Origin: Atractiella rhizophila | Lineage: Eukaryota | DNA length: 41,197 bases | NCBI GenBank assembly: GCA_021432655.1 | Contig: MU271417.1 | Location: forward strand, 27,849-69,045 | Reading direction: 5' to 3' | Part shown: positions 21,121 through 33,491 of the stretch, piece by piece | How positions within the stretch are numbered: position 1 is the first letter of the stretch | Layout of the letters: each line of letters opens with the position of its first letter | Made by a program: the position numbers and the translations under genes | Notes under the pieces: model-generated | What the model saw: the letters and a program-made list of their open reading frames with translations, nothing else | What the model was told of the DNA's origin: nothing | Databases searched by the model: none

Positions 21121-22685
21121 TTAATGAAAGCCTGGAGGTCGAGAACGATCGAGATAGGTCACGTGCTCGCATTCAGAAACGACAATTTTCCTGCCTTGAT
21201 CTCTCAGCAGCTCGATCCTTTTCAGAAGATCTGCGCCAGACTCGATAATTCCAATTCGTATCCCTTTGCAACATTCGCGCAAGGTGAATTCGTGAGAACG
21301 AAACAAGGATGGTAAGAAGGACCCACCAAAGTAATCACTTTGCTTCCATACGAATGTTAGTCTTGTTTCTACGACTTTGACATCAGCAACGGCTCTGTTG
21401 GTAGCCAAATATGGAACGTACTCAACGTATCCGTATCACAAGGGAGCATCCAAACTTCCCCTGCCGCCGCTCTCTTGTTCTCCAATGGAAAGTCCAGGGC
21501 AACGGATTCCGAAGGTGGGAGATCGATCCAGAAATCGCTGCAATTCGCATCACTACCGCACTCTTTCGTGCTTGGAACAATAGCTCACCAACCAACCAAC
21601 ATTTGGATGGCCGGCACACCCAACAGTCGGTTTAAGCGGATGAGTCCTCGGATATGTTTCTGCATCAAGTACTCAGATGAACTTCAGGAGGATTAGATGA
21701 AGCAAACCATAATTGCTGGACCGTTGTCATCCTGCTACTGCATCAGTCTTTTTAACACCGAAACAAATAAACTTGCAAGTTTGACAATCATATCTCCAAT
21801 TGGCATTTTCTCCACAGCAGTGTCGAAACCAAACCTGATCCTCGATCCAGGGCCAATGATGGATCCCATGTATTGTGCCGGGCGAGAGAAACTCGACGTC
21901 CTGCCTGGACGTTCTCCGTAAGTTCCATGGGGAGCAGCTTTTTGACTGTTCAATCGTTCCTCTTCTTGGCCTCCAGGATAGGGTCGAGTAGAAGCAGAGC
22001 GAGGTGGCACGGATCCGTTGCCCGCTCGATTGGGGTAAAAGGACGTAAGAGGAGGGCTCGGAGGATAGTCGTATGCCCCGGTGGTCGGGCTTGGTCGGGA
22101 AACGGACGGTCGACGAGGATTTTCGAGCAGGAACTGGATCGATGAAAGAGTGGATTTGAGATCTCCTACGTCTGAATGAACTGATTCCAGTGTTTTACGC
22201 AAAGAATGGATCTCTTCTCCTTGCGCTCCTAGCTTCGTCTCAAGAGCTTCGATGCGCCTCGCAAAGTCCACAGTCGGCAACTTCACCGAGGAAGCTGCTG
22301 CCTCCTTTTTCGCCAGTGTGTCCAACTTCTTCAAGGAGTCCCCCTGCTTCTCGTGAATATCCTTCTGCCAAGCTTGGATAGCCTTCAGCTCCTCTCCCGC
22401 TTCATCGAATCGGTAGGCGACCTTGTTATCTAAATTCTCCATTTCGCGATCTAGCAAGTTCTCCAATTCACCAAACTTGTGCTCTATTGTCTGCTCCATC
22501 CTAGACAGTTGCGCATGCGTGAATTCGGATAGAGCAGTAGCTAGATCCACCTCTTGTTGCATCCCTTCACTCGTCCCTTGTTGATAGGTCTCCTCATATT
22601 GTGCCGTCATGTATCGACCGCCACCACCTGTATCGTTGTATCTTGGATCCCACTGTGTCTGACCCATCGACGACGGAATCGACAT
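21121..22685 (-). CDS. Hypothetical protein with N-terminal coiled-coil region (complete copy)
   Basis: 316-aa ORF 22685-21735 with a heptad-like charged helical region. Downstream exon-like segments (MQKHIRGLIRLNRLLG, DFWIDLPPSE, ..GGSFLPSLF..PPGFH*) end at TAA 21123-21121. The 3' exon boundaries are approximate. Confidence 0.65.
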
Positions 22686-23038
22686 GGATTACGAACAAAT
22701 ATCAATGAAACAAAACAAACTTGACTGGTTAACGTCGAATTGAGAAATAGAAATGATCGGGGCAGACACGCGGACAAAAGCCCAAAACGAAGCTGTACGT
22801 ACTTCCTCCGCCTATTCACGATTCTCAGGATGAAATCCCTTTAATTTGTTGTTTAAACATTGTCAACTTTTTGTGGTTAGACACTCAGTAAAGAGAAAAG
22901 TAGCGATTATTTTCTAGACGATGCGAGAGCTAATTTCTAAATGCCATCATTTGCTACATGTGGTAAAGTGTTTCTACGTGCAGTTTATGATTTTTAAGCC
23001 AGTATTCCCTTAAATCAAAATCCAGATCCCAGATCCTC

Positions 23039-23837
<799 letters not shown>

Positions 23838-23977
23838 CGGGAGAGCAGCGGAGCGTCGTGGATAGCAGGTCGATGAAGATCACGTGAACCGGTTTGGCGG
23901 AGTTGTTGACCCCTGTTGTGACTTGACACAAGCACCAATCTGCAAGGAGTGAGTAGAGTAGAGTAGGGTAGTGGGAA

Positions 23978-24266
23978 ATGGGAGTATGTAGACCTGTCTG
24001 TGTGCAGTAAAGAATGAACTGACTTGAAAATAGGTCAAAGGGCTGTGGCCGTACATTGATTCTAGCTTTAGTTATGAAACAGACAATTTGAGGCTTTCTG
24101 ATATCGCGTCGTCAGAGTATAAGAAGAGTGGTACAAAGCTAAGGATTGGATTTGGTACAGCTCTCATGTAAATATTCTGTGAGATGAGCTCAAATCTTTC
24201 TGGAGATAGACGCCAGCGTCCTGCTCATCGCCTACCGATATGTCAAGGCTTCCCAGAAAGAGTGAG
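23978..24266 (+). pseudogene. 5' fragment of the XPG-family gene, truncated at the duplication junction
   Basis: ATG GGA|intron|VKGLWPYID...LRIGF|DASVLL, the same structure as 26384-26672. It breaks at the next splice donor (24262-24266). Confidence 0.8.
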
Positions 24267-25092
24267 AGGATCCCATGTATTGTGCCGGGCGAGAGAAACT
24301 CGACGTCCTGGCTGGACGTTCTCCGTAAGTTCCATGGGGAGCAGCTTTTTGACTGTTCAATCGTTCCTCTTCTTGGCCTCCAGGATAGGGTCGAGTAGAA
24401 GCAGAGCGAGGTGGCACGGATCCGTTGCCCGCTCGATTGGGGTAAAAGGACGTAAGAGGAGGGCTCGGAGGATAGTCGTATGCCCCGGTGGTCGGGCTTG
24501 GTCGGGAAACGGACGGTCGGCGAGGATTTTCGAGCAGGAACTGGATCGATGAAAGAGTGGATTTGAGATCTCCTACGTCTGAATGAACTGATTCCAGTGT
24601 TTTACGCAAAGAATGGATCTCTTCTCCTTGCGCTCCTAGCTTCGTCTCAAGAGCTTCGATGCGCCTCGCAAAGTCCACAGTCGGCAACTTCACCGAGGAA
24701 GCTGCTGCCTCCTTTTTCGCCAGTGTGTCCAACTTCTTCAAGGAGTCCCCCTGCTTCTCGTGAATATCCTTCTGCCAAGCTTGGATAGCCTTCAGCTCCT
24801 CTCCCGCTTCATCGAATCGGTAGGCGACCTTGTTATCTAAATTCTCCATTTCGCGATCTAGCAAGTTCTCCAATTCACCAAACTTGTGCTCTATTGTCTG
24901 CTCCATCCTAGACAGTTGCGCATGCGTGAATTCGGATAGAGCAGTAGCTAGATCCACCTCTTGTTGCATCCCTTCACTCGTCCCTTGTTGATAGGTCTCC
25001 TCATATTGTGCCGTCATGTATCGACCGCCACCACCTGTATCGTTGTATCTTGGATCCCACTGTGTCTGACCCATCGACGACGGAATCGACAT
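24232..25092 (-). pseudogene. 3'-truncated second copy of the coiled-coil hypothetical gene
   Basis: Near-identical to 22685-21861 up to ...PAQYMGS, then reads through the junction into unrelated sequence and stops at 24232. Confidence 0.8.
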
Positions 25093-25445
25093 GGATTACG
25101 AACAAATATCAATGAAACAAAACAAACTTGACTGGTTAACGTCGAATTGAGAAATAGAAATGATCGGGGCAGACACGCGGACAAAAGCCCAAAACGAAGC
25201 TGTACGTACTTCCTCTCCCTATTCACGATTCTCAGGATGAAATCCCTTTAATTTGTTGTTTAAGCATTGCCAACTTTTTGTGGTTAGACACTCAGTAAAG
25301 AGAAAAGTGGCGATTATTTCTAGACGATGCGAGAGATAATTTCTAAATGCCATCATTTGCTACATGTGGTAAAGTGTTTCTAAGTGCAATTTATGATTTT
25401 TTAGGCCAGTATTCCCTTAAATCAAAATCCAGATCCCAGATCCTC

Positions 25446-26244
<799 letters not shown>

Positions 26245-26383
26245 CGGGAGAGCAGCAGAGCGTCGTGGATCGCAGGTCGATGAAGATCACGTGAACCGGT
26301 TTGGCGGAGTTGTTGACCCTGTTGTGACTTAACACAAGCACCAATCTGCAAGGAGTGAGTATAGTAGAGTAGAGTAGTGGGAA

Positions 26384-28090
26384 ATGGGAGTATGTAGACC
26401 TGTCTGTGTGCATTAAAGAATGGGCTGACTTGACAATAGGTCAAAGGGCTGTGGCCGTACATTGATTCTCGCTTCAGTTATGAAACAGACAATTCGAAGC
26501 TTTCCGATATCGCGTCGTCAGAGTATAAGAAGAGTGGTACAAAGCTAAGGATTGGATTTGGTACAGTTCTCTTGTACATATTCTGTGAGATGAGCTCAAA
26601 TCTTTCTGGAGATAGACGCCAGCGTCCTGCTCATCGCCTACCGATATGTCAAGGCTTCCCAGAAAGAGTGAGTGTGCTTCTGAATCAGGTCTATGATAAG
26701 TACTTATCAGGTCAAAAGTGCAGTGTATTTCCACTCTCCCTCGAGCTACGCTCCAGCTGCTTAACCTGGCAACAGTATCTCAGTTCCTTCCATCCCACAC
26801 CTCGTCTACATTCTCGCTTCCATAGGTGCACAAGCTATCCTTCCACTCATAGTGTTTGACGGACCTAAGAGACCGTCAAACAAACGGGGGAAGACTGTGT
26901 ATCGCGGTTTCTTCGAGAATGTTCGTTGTCACTTATGATAGGCGTATTGTATGGTGATCGCTTGTGCAGCAAAAGGAGCTGAAGAATTGGCTCGACCTCT
27001 TGCGCATCCCTCATCTGACTGCCGCAGGAGAGGCAGAAGTCGAACTGGTAAATTGCATTCGGCACGAAATCATAGACGCAATATGGACACCAGATTCTGA
27101 TACTTTGTGTGTATATTTTCGACTTTCTATCGCGACTGAATTTCCTGTGCTTTCTTTAGCATACACTTTGCCAACTTTTCTTCACACAAATCCTCTGGAT
27201 CCGCCCCTAGAGTACCTTCCATCCTCTTACGGGCTCCTCCTGCTTTCACAAAAAGCAAAGACGAGCCGACTGTAGGAGTCTACGATTTTCCTCACGAACC
27301 GCACCGCGTTTACGATCTCGACTTGGAACTCTCCAAGGAAGAGCTGATGTTTGTTGCAATTTGGTCGGGATGTGACTACTACTCGGGGCTGGAACAACAG
27401 CTGCTACCGTACTTCTCGTGCACTGGCAGGACGAGGAAGGTAGAGATGGAGGATTCCGCAACGAAACGAAAACGGATCGCGCGGGCAGTGAAAATCTCTC
27501 GCACACCAGTCTCAAACCTCTGTCCGTGTTGTTCTGAGCAAGTTCAACTGGCTCAAAATTTGTATGACACCTTCAAACAGTGGCGTTTCTCCAGCGACTT
27601 TACGACTTTCACCAATGATGCACTGCCGATTTGGTTGAAAATGCAACTTTTGCCAGTCGTCCTTCCCCTCGTCAAATATCGCTATCAAGACGATGTCAAG
27701 TATTTCTTTGAAGGTCTATTATCTTCCGAGCGCGATTTGGAGGGAATCACAGATGTCCTCTCCTCATTTTGTCATCCCGTTAAGACCAAATTTGAAGAAG
27801 TCGAACTCAAACTTGCGGAGCAAAAGCTGTTTCAAGAGCGACGAGAGGTCAACATCGATGACCTGCTAGAGCGCTACGATAGAGCAGTGGAGATGGAGCT
27901 TCAACGTTCGGCTGCTTCATCAACTCAACTTCCCAGTCGCACAGACCTGGAGGCACTTTTGCAGACTCGCTTCTCGCCGAAAGTCAACAAGCAGGTCAAG
28001 TCGATCAGTTTACAGGATTGGCTGCAGGTCAAGAGGAGTTCGCGTGACGGTCGTTGCGGAAGAGAGAAAAGGCCACGTGTGAAGAAGTAG
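26384..28090 (+). CDS. Divergent XPG/Rad2-family (GEN1-like) nuclease
   Basis: MG|VKGLWPYID..LRIGF|DAS; ILPLIVFDGPKRPSNKRGK; AAGEAEVEL..IIDAIWTPDSDT; ELMFVAIWSGCDY; basic C-terminus KRPRVKK*. Confidence 0.82.
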
Positions 28091-28991
28091 ATATATTATC
28101 ATTGTAACATTTGTTATTCTAAAACAAATCAAATGCGTTGGCTCAGCACCAGCACCTCCCAAACTTGTCACTTGCAATCTTTGAAGACTCTGCCTAATAG
28201 AATTAAGGCAGTTGCCAGCTGTGAGGATGCAGAAGTAGACTCCGAGTCAAACATCCCAATCTACTCTATAGACGACGATAATCCTTAGAATGCGGATAAC
28301 AGATCGTGTACCCGGATCGCGCTCTACCACCGAAGTTTGTTCTGAAGAAGCAACAACAAGCTCGATAGCTTGATCATTGATGTACCTTTACTTCTGTCGC
28401 CCGCCCACTCCAACCCTCTTCCTTCTCAGCCCGCTTCGCACAGAGATACCCAGCCGCCACCTTCTGCATCATTCAAACAACCTCCGTTCCCGTTCTATCT
28501 CTCCATCGCAAATTCTCTCCGGATGAAAATCGAAGCCAGGAAGTCGAGATCCGTCGTCAATGCTGCCTCGTACATTGTGTGGCGAAGGAGTTGGCGAGGG
28601 TCGCGGAAGAGGTGGGAAGGGATGGAGCGAGCGTTGGACATTCATCTTCTGGCTGAGGTGGCAACGGATCAGGAGTGACAGGACTGGTACCAGAATCAGT
28701 TCGCAGATTTAGCTTGATTAACATATTTTGTAGGAAGGGAGCCTTGTCAAGAATCCAACCTTGTATAGCTCTGGAGACACAGTTGATAAAGCTATGGAAT
28801 GATCATTGTCTTTCAAGGTTTGATGATTAAACCGTTGGAACCAGCATGGTGAGGAAGATCCACTGTCCTCATCTGGGACAGTTCATTCCTGCAAGTCACA
28901 AAACTTGAGGATCGAGCTACTTCTTCCCTTCTACAAGGACCAACTTCCAATCCACATCAAGGGAAAAGGAGAAAAGGGGAAACCAACGAAC

Positions 28992-29620
28992 CTATCTCCT
29001 CCTCCTCCTCTCACACCTCGTTTCCTCATGGACGGTCTTACACTCCGTCGAACAGTATCTCATCTCGCATCTTCCACAAGCGTAGATCCCGAAATATCCA
29101 CAACTCGCACACGTCCTCCTTCCCTCTTTTCTGTACTTTGGAGGTCTTGCCGCGGCCGTGAGGTAGGACGGAGTAGTGGGAGGTAGGTTCGAAAGACCCT
29201 GTCCGCATACCACCTGAGTTGAGAAGACAAAAGGGCCAAGGGAAAGATACACACGGACTCCTCGACCAGAGTCTTAAAGCCCTTTCTATAAATCAACAAA
29301 TTCCGAACCTCCAAACTCCGGCCCTTAAAGCCCTCTCCCTTCTTCCTCCTCCCCTTCGCAATCTCGCTCGCCACGCCACTCGTCCAATCCCCAAACGCGT
29401 CCGTCTTCCCCCCCTCCCGATTCTCCCCTCCCGTCGAGGGCTCGAGGTAGTTGGACCGTTCGAGGTCCTCGAGATGCCGCTGGACGGACGTGAGCGCTGG
29501 AACGGAGGACTCGTCGAGTGCGGAGGGCTGGGAGGGCCCGGATTGGAAGGATTGGGCGGCCCGCGTGGGCTGGGAGCGGTGGATGGGCTGGGAGGGACGG
29601 AGCGCGCGTTGCCGTTGCAT
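28992..29620 (-). CDS. VPS71: SWR1 complex zinc-finger HIT subunit Vps71/Swc6 (ZNHIT1)
   Basis: RHLEDLERSNY..VRNLLIYRKGFKTLVEES|GLSNLPPTTPSYLTAAARPP..RRTCASCGYFGIYACGRCEMRYCSTECKTVHEETRC; one intron at about 29255-29203. Confidence 0.88.
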
Positions 29621-29948
29621 TTTGCAGACTTCTCCCGTCCAACTTGCACGTTTTCTTTTTCAACTTGTTGTGTCGAAATCTCAAAACTCAAAATCAAACC
29701 GAAAGATGAAGCCTTCTCGCCACATACCCCGCATTTCGATCACGTCTGCAATTTGCCACGAGATTGCGTGCTCACGCGACATTGCTTCACGTTGGGGCAA
29801 GGCTGGGGAAGTGGGAGACGGAGGACCAAGACATAGGCATGACTGGAGTGCAAAAGTTCATCTTTTCATTGGGCTCATTGCCATAGAAATACAATTCTGT
29901 ACTTTCACAGTCCCGCCTTCTGTGCCTTCTTTGGAGGAGGAGAAGGCA

Positions 29949-30367
29949 TCAAGCAGCCGCGGCGGTGGCAGCTTTGACCGTCTCGGGGGCAGGGGCAATG
30001 ATGACCTATCCACACAAACAAACACATCAACCGCCGTGCCTCCCTCCTCGCGTTGGGGGCGAGGGACGCACCTTTTCGTTCTCCTTCGCCCCGGTCTGGG
30101 GCGCAACGGCACCCTCCTCCATCACGGTCTGGATGTGGTCCCTGTCCGTTCCCCACCCGAACTTGCCTGCGCCGCCCTTCTTGAGTGAGACTTTGCGAAG
30201 TGGCGCGTTCGTGTGGTAGGAGTGTTTCGCGTACTGTTCGCAATGGCGGTCAGAACACAATTGGTGGAGAGAGAGGAGCGAAAAGGTACTTGTTTGGGAG
30301 CTTTGAAGGACCTCGTCCTGTTCCTCGACTGTCAGTTGCGACAGAAGAGAAAGGAAGGGCCGTACAT
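29949..30367 (-). CDS. Small Stf2/Tma10-like protein (82 aa) with the start codon split by an intron
   Basis: Exons 30367-30366 (AT), 30317-30290, 30233-30072, 30005-29949 give MTRSFKAPKQYAKHSYHTNAPLRKVSLKKGGAGKFGWGTDRDHIQTVMEEGAVAPQTGAKENEKVIIAPAPETVKAATAAAA*. The MTR start, KKGGAGKxxWG motif and size resemble yeast Stf2/Tma10. Confidence 0.7.
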
Positions 30368-30516
30368 ATTGATTTATGTTTATTGAAGAGTAATGAAATG
30401 AAGAGGAGAACGATAAGTTAACGGAGAGCTTCAATTTGTGGCCTTGTGGAGAACAATATGTACTGAGAAAGAATAAAAAGCTTGTTGTGCTGTCCGTCAT
30501 AGATTGCTCTGCTGGA

Positions 30517-30972
30517 NNNNNNNNNNNNNNNNNNNNNNNNNNNNNNNNNNNNNNNNNNNNNNNNNNNNNNNNNNNNNNNNNNNNNNNNNNNNNNNNNNNN
30601 NNNNNNNNNNNNNNNNNNNNNNNNNNNNNNNNNNNNNNNNNNNNNNNNNNNNNNNNNNNNNNNNNNNNNNNNNNNNNNNNNNNNNNNNNNNNNNNNNNNN
30701 NNNNNNNNNNNNNNNNNNNNNNNNNNNNNNNNNNNNNNNNNNNNNNNNNNNNNNNNNNNNNNNNNNNNNNNNNNNNNNNNNNNNNNNNNNNNNNNNNNNN
30801 NNNNNNNNNNNNNNNNNNNNNNNNNNNNNNNNNNNNNNNNNNNNNNNNNNNNNNNNNNNNNNNNNNNNNNNNNNNNNNNNNNNNNNNNNNNNNNNNNNNN
30901 NNNNNNNNNNNNNNNNNNNNNNNNNNNNNNNNNNNNNNNNNNNNNNNNNNNNNNNNNNNNNNNNNNNNNNNN
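30517..30972. other. Assembly gap (456 N)
   Basis: Run of N. Confidence 1.
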
Positions 30973-33080
30973 AAGTGTGGCGTTTGTAGTTGTTTCGTGT
31001 TTCAGCTACGTCTACGTCTCGTTTCCTCCTGCTTGGTGCTTTTCTTTCGAGGAACACTAAGAAGTGGCACGCAAAGTCTCTGTCCTTCGCGAAGACCTAG
31101 ACTACGCTGCTCTTCTCCAAGGTGAAGAACAGCGCCTCGCTTAGGGTCAGCTAAAGGCTAAGCAGGCGCTGAGACTCAGGAAAGTTGGATGCGTAGCCCC
31201 CTAGTCCCACTCTCTTATAGAACCTCCTTCGCCGCTCGATGAGTGAAGAGTTTGTACATTTTACACAGCAGAACTAGGGTGCCAGAGTAAAGACGGAGAG
31301 GCGCGAGCCGAAAGTGAAGAAAGAGCTGCCTTAGAACGGATGTCACGTTCACGAGTTGTGAGAAGTGTTGGGATGGATGATTTCTTCTATTGCATGGTAA
31401 ATTAGGATGTAACTCGGGAGCAGGAGTGGGTGAGGTAGAAGAGTGACTGTCGGCAGGTTCCCTATAGGCTTATTAGTGGAAAGAAGGAAGGGTTTAAGGA
31501 TGTTTGCGAGAGGTGTCGGAGGAATTCAAAGACTCAGAGGAGGAACGAGGTTCGTGGGGATAAGAACTCGAGAGGTAAGAAGTTTATTAAGGATATGGCT
31601 AGAGATGTCAGGACTCGGTAGGCAAGGTGGGAGCGTCTCTGGAAGAGGGTGAAGCACGGGTTGAGGAGTTGGCGGAGGTTCTCGTAGCGCAGGACAAGCC
31701 GGCAGGTTCGAGGAACTACCGACTCGCCTACTGTGTAGGAGGAGTGTACGACTATGTGGCTTTAGTTGCCGGCGGGGAGGTGTGACAGACGTTAGAGTCT
31801 GGTTTTGCTGCTCGAGCCTAGGCGTAAAGAGCACGCAGGCGATTTCTGGAAGAGAGACTCTGGGAGCTTTAGCTCAGGTACAAAGCTGTACATGCTCAGC
31901 TCCCTGCTGAACTAGAACTCGAGAAGCAGCACGCACTTGAAAGGGAAGAACATATAGAGAGAGGGGGAGAGGAAGGGATACAGGAAGTCGACACGGCACG
32001 ACATGGTGGCTCACCACTCCTAGAGAGCTAGGCTATTGTAGACTTGGCCATGTAGAGAAGGCCACTGGCACTGGCGTAAGAAGAAGAAGCGCAACCGTTC
32101 ACTTCTTCATCGTCCTCCATGCTTCAACCGAGGGAAGCTGTGTGCTCGCCGCCACCTGTCCTACCCCGGTCGTCGCCATCAACGTCCTGCTCGTCTCTAT
32201 AACCGCTATGAGCTGAAGGAGGAGAAGCTGCTTGGTAGCAGGAAGGATCGTCAATTCCGGCTGCGACTCCAGCTACGAGGCAATAACGACTAGGGATGCG
32301 GCCTCCATGGCTACAACCCGTTGCCTCCGCCCGCCGAAAGTTACCGTGACTCCCTCCACCACACCAACGAGGTGTAGGGCGAGACCTACCGTGCCTTCTA
32401 CAGTAGAAGCAAACCACGAGTTCTCTAGCAACCCTAGATGGTACGGAGGAGGCGGAGGGTAAGGGTCCTCTAACCTGACCTGTATAACGACCACCCCGCC
32501 TGCCTCCCTGCCCCTCAATTCCATCGAACTGTCCAGGAGAAGGAGCCAGCATCAGCAGTCTAGTTGCAACGGCAGAGACCGCCCTATCTTACCCAACCTC
32601 CAGTCTCTCAACTTCTTGCGCAAGTTAACCAGGCAGAGGTAAAGCACAAGTACAACTAGTACCACCACTCTCTCCGTTCCCAGTTACCCTCCGACTACCC
32701 GCTTGACCATTAGCAGCTTGTTCAACTCTGATACCAGAGGGAAAGAGGAGAACCTTCTTCTACTTCTCGGGCGTCCAAGTCCTCTCTCCTTCCTTTTCCA
32801 CAACAACGACGACGGACCCACCACCACTACCACCTCAAGCCACACCCACCTCCTGCTTACCAAAGCGAAGGCGAAGAAGAAGAGTGAAGGAGGGAGTCTT
32901 TTCGCTTCCATCCAGCTTCCTGTACCTAACCAGAGGATAGCAGCTGCCTCGCCTGCCTCGCGCCACCCACCTTAACCTCACCACTCTCACTGACCCGTTG
33001 TACCTCCACCTGCGCTTGCCTCACGGTTACCCTCTCACCCCAAGACACGTGGTGTTGTTACTTGGTTACGGGCGGTCTTT
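30973..33080. other. Block B: sequence reversed but not complemented
   Basis: Right-to-left reading without complementing gives a Myb-repeat ORF with canonical introns. Its last donor (31035) splices to the normal + strand exon at 33107. Right boundary is uncertain by about 10 nt. Confidence 0.95.
31036..33043. CDS. Reb1/Nsi1/DMTF1/TTF1-type multi-Myb DNA-binding protein (bulk of gene, read right-to-left uncomplemented; start probably in the gap)
   Basis: YKKGKFTHDEELKIKSSL..SSFWSEIADSVEGRPLISVYQHVRRMCHPLSHQGAWTAEQDAMLLEAVEELGTKWEKVSARVERMAQDCRDRYRNYL..RGAWSKEETQKL..IPWTAVSEKMEWVRTRAQCRIKW|..DESEIDWDSLRDKKWNLFSSHQIQKRF. Two apparent homopolymer frameshifts, near 32900 and 32412. Confidence 0.9.
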
Positions 33081-33106
33081 CATACTATCCTCTGCATGTG
33101 AAACAG

Positions 33107-33231
33107 AAATCATGGATGCCATTCAAGCGGATTTCGATGCGTTTAAGAAGAGCAAGAGGCCGAGGAGGAAGGGAGAGCATCCGAAGAAGAAACAATACGT
33201 TTTCTCTGAGGATGACATGTTTGATGATTGA
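33107..33231 (+). CDS. Terminal exon of the Reb1-like Myb gene in block B
   Basis: aaacag|AA ATC ATG GAT joins ...KNHKELSFR G| in phase 1 to give ...ELSFREIMDAIQADFDAFKKSKRPRRK...DDMFDD*. Confidence 0.85.
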
Positions 33232-33491
33232 TCAGTTCAATTATATTTGCTCGCACTCTCGGTAGTTTTGTTGCGGTGTTTGTAGATGGGTTATCAGGGG
33301 ACTTCGAGTTTCGATTGTATGTTGCGAATCACCTTTTCATCAATGTGAACGACTTTTATCCTCCATTCAAAGGACATGCTCCAAGAATATTCAAACCGAA
33401 GGGAAATGCCATTAATGAGACAACAACACAACTGACCAGAACCAAGAACGAGAAAGGGCTAGATGCAATGCAGAGACAACGAGTGGAGCAG

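Noticed and set aside
28100..28990. ORF 28370-28678 and short minus-strand ORFs
   Set aside because: No recognisable motif or consistent splice model.
29219..30188. Long + strand ORFs (205 and 245 aa), and likewise 33994-34683
   Set aside because: Antisense shadows of GC-rich coding regions (Vps71, Stf2-like, GEN1-like).
30436..31125. ORFs of 161-229 aa spanning the N run
   Set aside because: Produced by translating N bases.
31443..33231. Six-frame ORFs inside block B
   Set aside because: Spurious for the same reason; only the portion 33107-33231 is a real exon.
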